DNA from: an uncultured Chloroflexia bacterium
GTDB lineage: Bacteria > Chloroflexota > Limnocylindria > Limnocylindrales > CSP1-4
Direction of reading: 5' to 3'
NCBI GenBank assembly: GCA_963749705.1
Contig: CAVVNQ010000010.1
Coordinates: 32,001 to 96,000 of the forward strand
DNA: 64,000 nucleotides
The translations under genes were made by a program, and so were the position numbers. Each line of letters begins with the position of its first letter. Within the stretch, counting starts at the first letter, position 1. The notes under the pieces were generated by a model. It saw only the letters and a program-made list of their open reading frames with translations. It did not search any database and was not told the DNA's origin. Shown here one piece after another: positions 19,089 to 28,705 of the stretch.

Positions 19089-20496
19089 GCGCATCCCCGC
19101 CGTCCTGGGCCTGGACCTCGGGACGACCGAGGCGAAGGCTGCGCTCATCGGGCTCGACGGCCGGCTCATCGGGCTTGGCCGGGCCGCCTGCCGCGTGGAC
19201 GTGGCGCCCGACGGCCGCGCGGAGCAGGATCCGCGCGACTGGTACGCCGCGATCACGGCGGCGGTCCGGGCGATCGACGTGTCGCACGCCGACGTCCTGG
19301 CCGTGTGCGGCGTGGGACAGGGCCCGACGCTCGCCCTCGTCGATGCGGCCGGGGACCCGGTGCGCGCCGCGATCACGTGGCAGGATCGCCGGGTCCGGGG
19401 AACCGGGTTCGGGCTGCTGCCGAAGATCGAATGGGTCGCGCAGCACGATCCGGTTGCCACGGCCCAGACGACCTGGATGCTCACGGCGTGGGACGCACTC
19501 GGCCTGTGGCTGACCGGCGTGGCGGCCACGTCGCTCCAGGCACACGAGGCCGCCATCGCGCCCGGCGACCTGCACACGGCGGGCGTGCGAGCGGACCAGG
19601 TTCCGCCGCCGAGGCCCGTCGGGTCCCTGTTGGGGCACCTCCGACCCGCCGCGGCCTCGGCGCTGGGGCTGGCGGCGGGCATTCCCGTCATCACCGGCGT
19701 GAACGACGGCGCCGCCAGCATGCTGGGCGCCGGGTTGCGCGTTGCGGGCGATGCGGTGGACACGGCCGGGACCTCGGGCGGGATCGGGATCTACGCGGAC
19801 ACGCCCATCGAGCTGCCGGTGGCCGGGCTGTACCGGGCGCCGGCACCGCTGCCCGGTCGCTGGGTCGTGGGCGGGGCGATGGCAGCGCTCGGGGCGTCGG
19901 TGGGCTGGCTCCGGGGTCCGGTCCTGGGTGACCGCAGGTCGGTCGACGAGCTGTTCGCGGAGGCGGCCGCCGTGCCCGCCGGATCGGACGGGCTGGTGTT
20001 CCTGCCGTACCTGGCGGGCGAGCGCGCCCCGATCTTCGACGACAGGGCGCGCGGAGCGTTCGTCGGGCTGACGCTGGCCCACGGCCGTGCGCACCTGTTC
20101 CGCGCGGTGCTCGAGGGGGCGGCGTTCGCGATGCGTCACGTCGCAGCGCCGCTCGCCGCCGCCGGGGCCCCGGCGCGCGAGCTCCGGCTTGCAGGCCGCC
20201 CGAGCCCGGGGGACCTGTGGGCCAGGATCAAGGCGGACGTGCTGGGGGTCCCGGCGATCATCCCGGTCGTCGCCGAGACGGCCGTGCTGGGCGCGGCGAT
20301 CCTGGCGGCAGCGGGCGTGGGCGCGGTCAGCGACCTCGAGGCTGGCGTGATCGCGATGACCGGGGTGGCCCGCAGGATCGAGCCGGATGGTTCGACCCGG
20401 GCCAGGTACGACGACCTGTTCGGGGTGTACCGGGATCTCTACCCGGCGCTCAGGCCGAGCGTGGACGCCCTTGGTCGATCGTCGGCGATCGGGTAG
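19081..20496 (+). CDS. FGGY family carbohydrate kinase (xylulokinase-like)
   Basis: GLDLGTT, FLPYLAGERAP, RAVLEG, GAAILA. Confidence 0.9.
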   Translation: MPERIPAVLGLDLGTTEAKAALIGLDGRLIGLGRAACRVDVAPDGRAEQDPRDWYAAITAAVRAIDVSHADVLAVCGVGQGPTLALVDAAGDPVRAAITWQDRRVRGTGFGLLPKIEWVAQHDPVATAQTTWMLTAWDALGLWLTGVAATSLQAHEAAIAPGDLHTAGVRADQVPPPRPVGSLLGHLRPAAASALGLAAGIPVITGVNDGAASMLGAGLRVAGDAVDTAGTSGGIGIYADTPIELPVAGLYRAPAPLPGRWVVGGAMAALGASVGWLRGPVLGDRRSVDELFAEAAAVPAGSDGLVFLPYLAGERAPIFDDRARGAFVGLTLAHGRAHLFRAVLEGAAFAMRHVAAPLAAAGAPARELRLAGRPSPGDLWARIKADVLGVPAIIPVVAETAVLGAAILAAAGVGAVSDLEAGVIAMTGVARRIEPDGSTRARYDDLFGVYRDLYPALRPSVDALGRSSAIG

Positions 20497-20586
20497 CCCG
20501 TCGGGCTCGTGGCCGCGTGGGGGAGCCCGCCGGGCCCAGGACCGCGCGGCGAGCCCGCCGCCGTGCTGGTGGTAGGATCGCGGGCA

Positions 20587-20750
20587 GAGCCTTCGGGGCA
20601 GGGTGCGAATCCCGACCGGTGGTAGGGTCCCGCGACGCGGGACGAGCCCACGAGCGGCTCCACGGGCGCAGGCCCGGGGAGTGCAGCAGATCCGAGGCGA
20701 GGGTCACCTCGCCCGCCGGAGCCGACGGTACAGTCCGGATGAGAGAAGGC
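20587..20750 (+). ncRNA. FMN (RFN) riboswitch
   Basis: CTTCGGGGCAGGGTG..ATCCCGACCGGTGGTA...AGCCCACGAGC...AGATCC...GGAGCCGACGGTACAGTCCGGATGAGAGAAG, upstream of an ABC transporter. Confidence 0.9.
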
Positions 20751-20830
20751 CAGGGCCGGCACGTCCCGCCCGGGATCGTGCTCGAGCGCCTCCTGCCCCG
20801 TTGCGACACGAATCGTGACGGAGGTGGCGA

Positions 20831-21781
20831 ATGGCGACGGCGAAGACGGCGGCCCCGACCGCGTCCCGCGACGCGCACGCCCCGCTCCCCGGTGCCGGCA
20901 TCCGCGTCGACGACGTCTCGCTGACGTTCCACGGCCAACGAACCGTCCACGTCCTGGACCGCGTCAGCCTCGAGGTGCGGCCGCGCGAGGTCATCGCCCT
21001 GATCGGGCCGAATGGCTGCGGCAAGAGCACGCTGCTGCGGGTGCTGGCCGGCCTGATCGCACCGGACGGCGGCCGGGTCACGCTCGATGGCGACCCCGTG
21101 ACCGGCCCGGATCCGCGCGTCGGGCTCGTGTTCCAGGAGCCGCGGCTGCTCGCCTGGCGCACGACCGAAGGCAACGTCCGGTTCCCGATGGACCTCGCGG
21201 GCTGGCCGCGCGACCGGCAGGCAGCCCGCGCGAGCGATCTCCTCGGCCTGGTCGGCCTGCGCGAGTTCGCGACGGCGAGGCCGACGACCCTGTCGGGCGG
21301 GACGCGCCAGCGGGTGGCCATCGCCCGGGCGCTCGCGCTCGAGCCCAGCGTGCTCCTGCTCGACGAGCCGTTCAGCGCGCTCGACGCGCTCACCCGCGAG
21401 CGGTTCAACGCCGAGCTGCTCCGCCTGTGGGAGCGAACCGGGACGACGATCGTGCTGGTCACGCACAGCATCCCCGAGGCCGTGTTCCTCGCCGATCGCG
21501 TGCTCGTGATGTCGCCCCGGCCGGGCCGCGTCGTGGCCGAGATCCCCGTCGACCTGCCGCGTCCGCGGCGCGTCGCGGACCTCAATTCGGCGTTCGTGTC
21601 GTCGGTCGCGGCAGATGTCCGCGCGCACCTGGTCGATACCACCGACGACCGGATCGCGATGGCCGAGCCGCCGGCCATGCCCGCCGGATCCCGACCGGCT
21701 GCCGTGGACCGTCACGCCGATACCGAGCCCGGGACCCCCGCCTGGTTCGATCCGTTCCGCCCAGAGGACGGCGGCCGATGA
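20831..21781 (+). CDS. NitT/TauT-family ABC ATPase (putative riboflavin transporter)
   Basis: GPNGCGKST, LSGGTRQR, LLDEPFSALD. Confidence 0.9.
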   Translation: MATAKTAAPTASRDAHAPLPGAGIRVDDVSLTFHGQRTVHVLDRVSLEVRPREVIALIGPNGCGKSTLLRVLAGLIAPDGGRVTLDGDPVTGPDPRVGLVFQEPRLLAWRTTEGNVRFPMDLAGWPRDRQAARASDLLGLVGLREFATARPTTLSGGTRQRVAIARALALEPSVLLLDEPFSALDALTRERFNAELLRLWERTGTTIVLVTHSIPEAVFLADRVLVMSPRPGRVVAEIPVDLPRPRRVADLNSAFVSSVAADVRAHLVDTTDDRIAMAEPPAMPAGSRPAAVDRHADTEPGTPAWFDPFRPEDGGR

Positions 21782-22653
21782 GCGACGCTCGCCCGGCCGT
21801 GACCGGCGCCGGTGCGCCGACGGTCGAGGCCCCGCCATCGGACGCGGTGACGCGGCCCGAGGCACGCCCGGAGGCACGCCCGGAGGTTCGGCCCGCGGGT
21901 GGCCGCCTCGTGGCCCGCGCGTGGCCGGTGGCCCTGAGCGCGGGCGTGTTCCTCGTCGCGTGGCAGCTCGTGGTCTTCGTGTCGGGCTTCAAGTCGTTCG
22001 TGCTGCCGGGACCGTGGACCGTCGCTGAACGGTTCGTGCGCGCCTGGGCGGAGGGCACGATGCTGCCCCACGTCGAGACGACCCTGGTCGAGATCCTGCT
22101 CGGCTTTGCCATCGGCGCAACCGTCGCCCTCGCCGTGGGCGTGCTGCTGGCTCGCTCCCATCTTGCCGAGCGGCTGCTGAGCCCCTACCTCGTGGCCGCC
22201 CAGGCCACGCCGGTGCTTGCCCTGGCGCCGCTGATCGTCCTGTGGTTCGGCAACGGGCTGATGTCGAAGCTCGTGATCACGACCCTGATCGTGTTCTTCC
22301 CGGTCGCCGTGGCGACCATGGTCGGCATCCGCTCGGTGGATCCGCGGCTGCTCGAGATGGCGCGTGGATTCCGGGCCACCGGCTGGCAGGTCATCGCCCG
22401 GGTCGAGATCCCGGCTGCGCTGCCCGCGATCCTGGGCGGGATGCGGGTCGGCGTGACGCTCGCGGTGATCGGCGCCATCGTGGGCGAGTGGGCGGGCGGT
22501 GAGAAGGGCCTGGGCGTGCTCATCAACATCGCGCGCGGCTCGCTGTTCGACACCCCGTTGATGTTCGCTGCCCTCGCCATGCTCGCGATGATCGGCGTGA
22601 CCCTGTACCTCGTGATGGTGCTCGTCGAGCGACGGCTGGTCGGCGATCGATGA
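21778..22653 (+). CDS. ribX: NitT/TauT-family ABC permease (RibX-like)
   Basis: QATPVLALAPL, GAIVGEW, GLG; FMN riboswitch context. Confidence 0.8.
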   Translation: MSDARPAVTGAGAPTVEAPPSDAVTRPEARPEARPEVRPAGGRLVARAWPVALSAGVFLVAWQLVVFVSGFKSFVLPGPWTVAERFVRAWAEGTMLPHVETTLVEILLGFAIGATVALAVGVLLARSHLAERLLSPYLVAAQATPVLALAPLIVLWFGNGLMSKLVITTLIVFFPVAVATMVGIRSVDPRLLEMARGFRATGWQVIARVEIPAALPAILGGMRVGVTLAVIGAIVGEWAGGEKGLGVLINIARGSLFDTPLMFAALAMLAMIGVTLYLVMVLVERRLVGDR

Positions 22654-22698
22654 GCCTCGACCCAAGCCCAACCGAACTCCCAGGAGGATTGCTCGCCC

Positions 22699-23727
22699 GT
22701 GCTCGCGCTTGATCGCCGCTCCATGCGGCCGTTCGCCGCCCTCGCTGCCCTGGCCATGATCGTCGTCGGCTGCGGCTCGGCGACCCCGACGCCCAGCCCG
22801 GCGACGCCGACCCCAACATCGGCGCCGGTGACCCTGACCGTCGGCCTGGGCTACATCCCGAGCGTCCAGTTCGCCCAGTTCTACCTCGCCGACCAGGCCG
22901 GCTATTACCGTGAGGCCGGCCTCGACGTCACGCTGCAGAACCAGATCGACCCCGACCTGATCACGCTGCTGGGGCAGGGTGCGGTCGACATCGGCAACGG
23001 TGACGGGACGTCCGTCATCCCGGCGGTCAGCCAGGGCATCCCGGTCGTCTACACGTCCACGATCTACGGCCAGTTCCCGTCGATCGTCGTCGCGCGGGCG
23101 GGGTCGGGGATCGCGTCTGCGGCTGACCTGCGCGGGAAGAAGATCGGGATCCCCGGCAAGTACGGTTCCTCGTGGATCATGCTCCAGGCCCTGCTCCAGT
23201 CGGCCGGGATGACACCCGACGACGCGGACATCGTGCTGTACCCGGACTTCGGACAGGCAACCGCGCTCCAGCAGGGCGCCGTCGATGCCGCCACCGGCTT
23301 CGCCAACAACGAGCCCATCCAGCTCAAGCAGGCGGGCATCGACACCGTCGTGCTGACCGTGGACAGCATCGTGCCGCTCCCCGGTCCGGGTCTCGTGACG
23401 GGGACGGCGACGCTGGCCTCGAAGGCGGATGCGCTGCGGGCGTTCACGGCGGCGACGCTGCGGGCGATGGACGAGATCGCCGCGGATCCCCAGAAGGGCC
23501 TCGACGCGACGTTTGCCGTGGTCCCGGACCTCGCGACCGACCCGGCGCTCCAGCGCCAGATCCTGGACGCAACGATCGCGACCTGGAAGAACACCCGGAC
23601 CGGCGCGCCGTACGGTGCCATCGATACGGCGGGCTGGCAGCAGTCGTTGGACTTCATGACGTCGCTGGGCCTGGTGCCCAACCCGGTCACGGTGGATCAG
23701 CTGGTCGACACCTCACTGCTGCCGTAG
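22699..23727 (+). CDS. ribY: NMT1/THI5-like substrate-binding lipoprotein (RibY-like)
   Basis: Lipobox VVGC, GLGYIPSVQFA, GIPGKYGSSW, GFANNEP; FMN riboswitch context. Confidence 0.8.
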   Translation: MLALDRRSMRPFAALAALAMIVVGCGSATPTPSPATPTPTSAPVTLTVGLGYIPSVQFAQFYLADQAGYYREAGLDVTLQNQIDPDLITLLGQGAVDIGNGDGTSVIPAVSQGIPVVYTSTIYGQFPSIVVARAGSGIASAADLRGKKIGIPGKYGSSWIMLQALLQSAGMTPDDADIVLYPDFGQATALQQGAVDAATGFANNEPIQLKQAGIDTVVLTVDSIVPLPGPGLVTGTATLASKADALRAFTAATLRAMDEIAADPQKGLDATFAVVPDLATDPALQRQILDATIATWKNTRTGAPYGAIDTAGWQQSLDFMTSLGLVPNPVTVDQLVDTSLLP

Positions 23728-23917
23728 CGGCTGGCGGCCCGTGCGGGACCGGCGGGTCTGCCGCCCGTGCGAGGGCGCTGCGCGATCGGGCCAGCCCGAT
23801 GTCGCCGCGTTGCTGCGAGGCAACGCAGAACGTGATCTCGGCCGCGGATCGGCCGGCCGCGATTGACAGGCACGCGCGCCTTGCGAGGTATGCTCGGGCT
23901 TGGAGGGTTCGCCACTC

Positions 23918-24883
23918 GTGCCTGCCGAAACCGCCCTGGTCATCATCGTCGCGCTCCTCTGGGGCCCGACCGCGATCTGGCTGATCGTTCGCGCCTCCCG
24001 CGGAAGCGAGCAGCGGTCCTTCGAGGCGGACGATCCCGGGTCTGCGTCGACCTGGCAGTTCGCGCCGGCGGATCGTGGGCCCCTGGTCGTCGACGAGGCG
24101 GCGACCTGGGTCTGTCGCGGTTGCAGATCGCTCAACCGTCGCGACGCCAAGCAGTGCTACAGCTGCCGAGGGCCGAGGGACGAGCTGGAGCTTCCCGTCA
24201 GGATGGCGACGCCGCAGCGGCCGCCGGTCCCGGTGATGGCGCAGGGGGCTGAGGCGCCGTCGGTCACGCCGCCGCCCCAGACCCGCCTTCCACTGCCGCC
24301 TCCCCCGGCCGTGCCCTCGCCGTTGGCCTCGGCAGGGCAGGCAGCGGACCGACCACACCTTGAGCGGGTCGGCGTACCCGTCATGGCCGACGCCGCAGCC
24401 GACCAACCTGCGGCAACGGACGGGCTGACGGTGTGTCCATTCCTGGGGCTACCGCAGGACCCCACGACGTGGTTCGACTTCCCGGCACCGGGCAACGTCT
24501 GCCACGCGTCGTCCAGCCAACAGGCGAGCCTGGTCCGTTCGATCGGGCGGCTCGTGTCCGGCAACCGTCCAAGGCAGTCGATCAGCCTCGCCCACCAGGG
24601 GGCCGCATGCCTCGCCGCCGCCCACGTCGACTGCCCGCGCTACGCGGCCGCCGGGGGTGCCTCGCGGACGGCGATACAGGCCCGCGCGGCCGCGGTCAAG
24701 CCGGTTCTGCCCCTGACTCCGCCTGTCGTGACCCCAGAGATCCACGACGAACGCTCGGTCCCGGCCATGGCGACCGTCGCGACGCGACAGGCGCGACAGG
24801 CGCGACAGGAGACGCCGCCCGCCCCGACGGACGACGCTCGGGCGCCGGCCCCAAAGCCGAGGCGGGCAAAGCGATCGCGCTGA
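23918..24883 (+). CDS. Hypothetical membrane-anchored protein with RanBP2-like Zn finger and second Cys/His domain
   Basis: N-terminal TM; WVCRGCRSLN...CYSC; CPFLG...C...C...HVDCPRY. Confidence 0.7.
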   Translation: MPAETALVIIVALLWGPTAIWLIVRASRGSEQRSFEADDPGSASTWQFAPADRGPLVVDEAATWVCRGCRSLNRRDAKQCYSCRGPRDELELPVRMATPQRPPVPVMAQGAEAPSVTPPPQTRLPLPPPPAVPSPLASAGQAADRPHLERVGVPVMADAAADQPAATDGLTVCPFLGLPQDPTTWFDFPAPGNVCHASSSQQASLVRSIGRLVSGNRPRQSISLAHQGAACLAAAHVDCPRYAAAGGASRTAIQARAAAVKPVLPLTPPVVTPEIHDERSVPAMATVATRQARQARQETPPAPTDDARAPAPKPRRAKRSR

Positions 24884-24984
24884 GCCACCCCGGTTCGTGA
24901 TGAGCCTCCGCGCATCACCGCGGGTCGGTGAGCTCGCCACGCGGGTCGGGTATCCGGGACGCGTCCGATGACCTCGGACCTCGA

Positions 24985-25185
24985 TCAGCGACCAAGGGCC
25001 CGACGGAGCCGACCGAGGATCGCGCTGGTCCGCCCGCGCCAGCGGACGCCGCGCCGCTGAGCGTCCTCGGCGTCCTCGGCGGCATGCGGTCGCGCTCTGG
25101 CGGCTCGCTCATTCGCACGTCTGCGCTCTTCTTCGGCCGACCACGCGGCCATTCGGGTCCCGTCGTTCCGACCGTACATCGTCAT
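24985..25185 (-). CDS. Small hypothetical protein (66 aa)
   Basis: GGGAGG SD before ATG 25185 (MTMYGRND...LRRALGR); TTGACC-18-CACCAT upstream. Confidence 0.5.
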   Translation of the reverse strand: MTMYGRNDGTRMAAWSAEEERRRANERAARARPHAAEDAEDAQRRGVRWRGRTSAILGRLRRALGR

Positions 25186-25374
25186 CGTCGGCCTCCCGCG
25201 CTCATGGTGGGCGGGGTGGTCCTGCCCGGTCAAGGGTCGATCGTCCGATCTTGACGTCGCGTCCCTCGTCCACTGGCGGAGCGCCGGTGCCGTCCAGGGT
25301 GGGCCGGTGGGAACGTCCACCTGGGACCTCGGAGCGTCGGGAACCGCCGATCCGGACGTGATACGGTCGCGGCC

Positions 25375-25449
25375 GGGCCCGTAGCTCAGTGGCAGAGCAG
25401 GGGACTTTTAATCCTCCGGTCCTGGGTTCGAATCCCAGCGGGCTCACCA
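25375..25449 (+). tRNA. tRNA-Lys (TTT)
   Basis: GGGCCCG/CGGGCTC acceptor stem, anticodon loop CTTTTAA, GGTTCGAATCC T-arm, encoded CCA. Confidence 0.96.
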
Positions 25450-25480
25450 GCGCTCGGTGGGTGGGGCGGCACCGGGCGGG

Positions 25481-26005
25481 TCAGCGCGGGAACCAGCCGT
25501 GCGCTGCGCCTCGGGCCGATCTCGCATCGACATGCGGTCGCAGCAGCTCTGCGGCCTGGGCTCGGGCGGCAAGGGCCGCGTCCACCTCGCGCTTGAACGA
25601 GCGGCCGATCGAGGTCCGGGTGAGCCACTCGAGGTAGTCGGGGTCGCTGATCGCAAGGCTCCCGATCGACCAGCCGGCGTAGCGCCCGAAGTCGAGGACG
25701 GTGCCGGTGCCCGGCGGCGGCTGGTGCGCGCCGGTCGGGCGGGCCGGACCCTGATCGGCGGTGGCGGGCCGGTCGTCCTGCCGATGCGCGGCCGCCCGCG
25801 CCCGCGCGCGTTCGAGGTCGTAGGCGTGCCGCAGCTCCGCCTGGCCCAGGATGTGCCAGGCTGCGTTCAGGGAGGCCATGACCCGCCCGTCGCCCCCCGC
25901 ATCTGGATGGTGCTTGCGGGCGAGGGCACGAAAGGCGGCGCGGACCACCTCGGGCTCGGCCGACGGAACCACCTGGAGCACGGCGTAGAGACTGACTCCT
26001 GGCAT
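25481..26005 (-). CDS. J-domain protein with small C-terminal FGRY-motif domain
   Basis: LYAVLQV...KHHPD...LNAAWHIL...YD; C-terminal LDFGRYAGWSI...DPDYLEWL. Confidence 0.85.
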   Translation of the reverse strand: MPGVSLYAVLQVVPSAEPEVVRAAFRALARKHHPDAGGDGRVMASLNAAWHILGQAELRHAYDLERARARAAAHRQDDRPATADQGPARPTGAHQPPPGTGTVLDFGRYAGWSIGSLAISDPDYLEWLTRTSIGRSFKREVDAALAARAQAAELLRPHVDARSARGAAHGWFPR

Positions 26006-26209
26006 CTGACCGTCCTCAGGACTTGCGATTGGCGATGCGGACGGCCTGGACGTGCCGGGCCGGCTGTGAGCGCTCAGGGCCTCGCGAGCAAACGGGTCGC
26101 GCGCCGCGGCGACGATCACGATCGCACCCCGCGCACGGGACCGCGACCCGTCAAAGGTCCGGCCGCGGTCGGCGAATGCGGGCCGACCCCACACGCTGGG
26201 CGAGCAAAT

Positions 26210-26245
26210 GCCCCTGATCGCTCGGGGGGATGAGCGACCAGGGGC
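26210..26245 (-). ncRNA. Candidate tiny hairpin RNA, copy 2 (14-bp stem, AUCCCCCC loop)
   Basis: Minus strand GCCCCTGGTCGCTC-ATCCCCCC-GAGCGATCAGGGGC-ATTTGCTCGCCC, 6 nt after TACATT (-10 at 26252-26257). Confidence 0.5.
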
Positions 26246-26318
26246 GAGGGCAATGTACACGGTGGACAGGGCCGTGACCAGTCGCGTTCCGGCGGCATGT
26301 CATGCCGACCCGAGCGGA

Positions 26319-27134
26319 TCAGCGCGCCTCGAACGACCGCTTGGAGAGCCCGATGAAGAAGCCGTCGATGGCCGTTCGCGGCGGCGCGTCGGGCGCCGCC
26401 GCCGCGCCCAGCGTCACGAACAGCGGTGCGAAGTGCTCGACGGTGGGATGCGCGAACGGCATCCCGGGTGCCTTCTCGCGGAACGCGAACAGCGTGTCGA
26501 GGTCGCCCCGCTCCAGCGCCTCGGCCGCCCACCGATCGAACTCGACCGACCATTGGGGCGCGCCGGCCTTGCCCGCGAAGTACTCGCCGATGAACGGCAG
26601 GCCATGGGTCATGAACCCGCTGCCGACGATCAGGACACCCTCGTCGCGCAGCGGTGCCAGCCGTCGGCCGACGTCGAACAGGTGGCGCGGGTCCAGGTCG
26701 GGCATCGACATCTGGAGCACCGGGATGTCCGCATCCGGGTACATCGCCATCAGCGGCACCCAGGCGCCGTGGTCGAGGCCGCGGGTCGGGCGATCGAGGA
26801 TCGACTCACCGGCGGGCATCAGCGATCGCACCGACGCCGCCAGCTCCGGGGCGCCGGGCGCCCGGTACTGGAGATCGTAGTAGCGCTGCGGGAAGCCGTA
26901 GAAGTCGTAGACCAGCGGCACGGTGGTCGTCGCGCCGATCGCCATCGGCGCGGTCTGCCAGTGGGCGCTCACGATCAGCACCGACGTCGGCCGCGGCAGA
27001 TCTCTGGCCCAGCCAGCGAGCTGGGCCATCCACAGCGGGTCGTCCAGCAGCGGCGGCGCGCCATGGCCGAGATAGAGGGCGGGCAGCGACGCCGGCGGAG
27101 GGGTGGGGGTGGCAGCGGGACGCGGGTTGGACAT
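26319..27134 (-). CDS. Class III extradiol dioxygenase (YgiD/DODA-like)
   Basis: LGHGAP, SAHW, YDFYGFP, RGLDHGAW, GSGFMTH, AHPTVEHFAPL. Confidence 0.92.
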   Translation of the reverse strand: MSNPRPAATPTPPPASLPALYLGHGAPPLLDDPLWMAQLAGWARDLPRPTSVLIVSAHWQTAPMAIGATTTVPLVYDFYGFPQRYYDLQYRAPGAPELAASVRSLMPAGESILDRPTRGLDHGAWVPLMAMYPDADIPVLQMSMPDLDPRHLFDVGRRLAPLRDEGVLIVGSGFMTHGLPFIGEYFAGKAGAPQWSVEFDRWAAEALERGDLDTLFAFREKAPGMPFAHPTVEHFAPLFVTLGAAAAPDAPPRTAIDGFFIGLSKRSFEAR

Positions 27135-27338
27135 GGGGCGCGGGAGCTCTCCGGTGGTGGGCTTGATGGTCAACGGTAGGGCCGGGGGCCGGAGGACGCA
27201 ACGGCTCGCCCGGTCCCCGGCGCCGGCCTCAGGCGACGGCGGCGGCGGGGGCGCCGACGAGGACGTAGGGCGATTGCCAGTCGCCCGCGCCGCTGGCGAC
27301 GCTCCACGGCCCAGGCACGCTGAGCGTCCGGCCCGCGA

Positions 27339-28589
27339 TCAACCTCGCCGGATCCGCCCCAGCAGCGACCGGGGCGACGACGGCTTCCGGAGCCGGTTCA
27401 CCAGCGTTTCGGCCAGGGCGGCGTACTCGTCCGGCCGGTTGTAGCGCTGTGCCGAGATGCGCAGGATGATCGATGCCGGGGCGGCGCCCGGCTCGAGCGC
27501 GGCGGGGACCGGAAAGGCGAACAGGGGCACCTCGATCCGGTCCTCGTCGAACAGCGTCGCCTGCAACCGGCGGGCGGCCGCGCGGCTGGGCGCGATCCCC
27601 GGCAGCGGGATCGCGGCCATCGATCCGAGCATCACGTCGGGGGCCGGGGCCGGCACCCCCAGGGCGGCGCAGATCACGTCGCGGCCTCGCCTGGCGAGCG
27701 TCGCGTTGGCCGCCATCAGGCCGCTCCAGCCCTCCTCGTGGAGGCCGCCCACGTAGCGGATCGCCGCCGGCAGGGCGAGGATCGCGGTCGGGTCGAGCGT
27801 GCCCACCCAGTCGAACAGCAGCCGGAAGCGCGTCCGGTCCTGACGCTCGTCGTTGAGCCCGTGGGAGATGACCAGTGGCCGGATCTCCGTCCGCAGGTCG
27901 GCGCGCACGAACAGCATCGCGGCGCCCTTCGGCGCGCACAGCCACTTGTGCCCGTTGCCGGTCCAGTAGGCGGCCCCGATGGCGTTGACGTCGAGCGGCA
28001 CCATCCCCGGGGCGTGAGCGCCGTCGATCATGGTGTCCACGCCGCGCCGGTCCAGCTCGCGGACGATCGCGGCGACGGGCAGCACCAGCGCCGTGGGCGA
28101 GGTGACCTGGCTCACGAGCGCGAACCGCGTCCGGGGGGTGACCGCTTCGACGTATGCCTCGACCACCTGCGAGGGGTCATGGGTCGGGAAGGGGATCCGC
28201 GCGATCACCAGGCGGGCGCCGTCGCGCTCGGCCGCCGCTCGCATCGCATTGAGGGTCGCGTTGTACTCGTGGTCGCCGGCCAGCAGCTCGTCGCCCGGCT
28301 CGAACCGCCGCGATGCGAGGACGGTCGACACGCCGGTGGTCGCGTTGGGCACGAAGGCGATGCCCTCGGGGTCTGCCCCGATGAAGGCGCCGACCAGACG
28401 GCGCGCCTCGTCCAGGTGACCCTCGAGCTCGCGGGCGAGGAATCGCTCCGGCTCCGCCTCCATTCGCTCGCGCCACACGCGCTGCGCTTCCAGCACCGGG
28501 GCGGGGCAGGCGCCGAAGCTGCCGTGGCTCAGGTAGGACACGGTCGGGTCGAGGTGCCACGGGGCACGATCGAAGGTCGGATGCGTCAC
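27339..28589 (-). CDS. Aminotransferase class V (isopenicillin N epimerase/EgtE-like C-S lyase)
   Basis: LSHGSFGACP, NATTG, DGAHAPG, GNGHKWLCAPKG. Confidence 0.88.
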   Translation of the reverse strand: MTHPTFDRAPWHLDPTVSYLSHGSFGACPAPVLEAQRVWRERMEAEPERFLARELEGHLDEARRLVGAFIGADPEGIAFVPNATTGVSTVLASRRFEPGDELLAGDHEYNATLNAMRAAAERDGARLVIARIPFPTHDPSQVVEAYVEAVTPRTRFALVSQVTSPTALVLPVAAIVRELDRRGVDTMIDGAHAPGMVPLDVNAIGAAYWTGNGHKWLCAPKGAAMLFVRADLRTEIRPLVISHGLNDERQDRTRFRLLFDWVGTLDPTAILALPAAIRYVGGLHEEGWSGLMAANATLARRGRDVICAALGVPAPAPDVMLGSMAAIPLPGIAPSRAAARRLQATLFDEDRIEVPLFAFPVPAALEPGAAPASIILRISAQRYNRPDEYAALAETLVNRLRKPSSPRSLLGRIRRG

Positions 28590-28705
28590 CCGCCGACGAT
28601 AGCGAGTTGGCGGGACGCCGTGCGGCCCGGTCGCCGCGAGCGGCGGGCAACGCGGGCGTTCGGCATGCGGCCCGTGCGCAGCGTGCGGGCGGGGAGGACC
28701 CGAGC

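Noticed and set aside
24780-24812. GCGACAGGC triple repeat
   Set aside because: Short in-frame RQA slippage in a low-complexity protein tail.
27229-27318. Possible 29-aa minus-strand ORF VPGPWSV...AAVA
   Set aside because: No SD, no family resemblance and no second copy.
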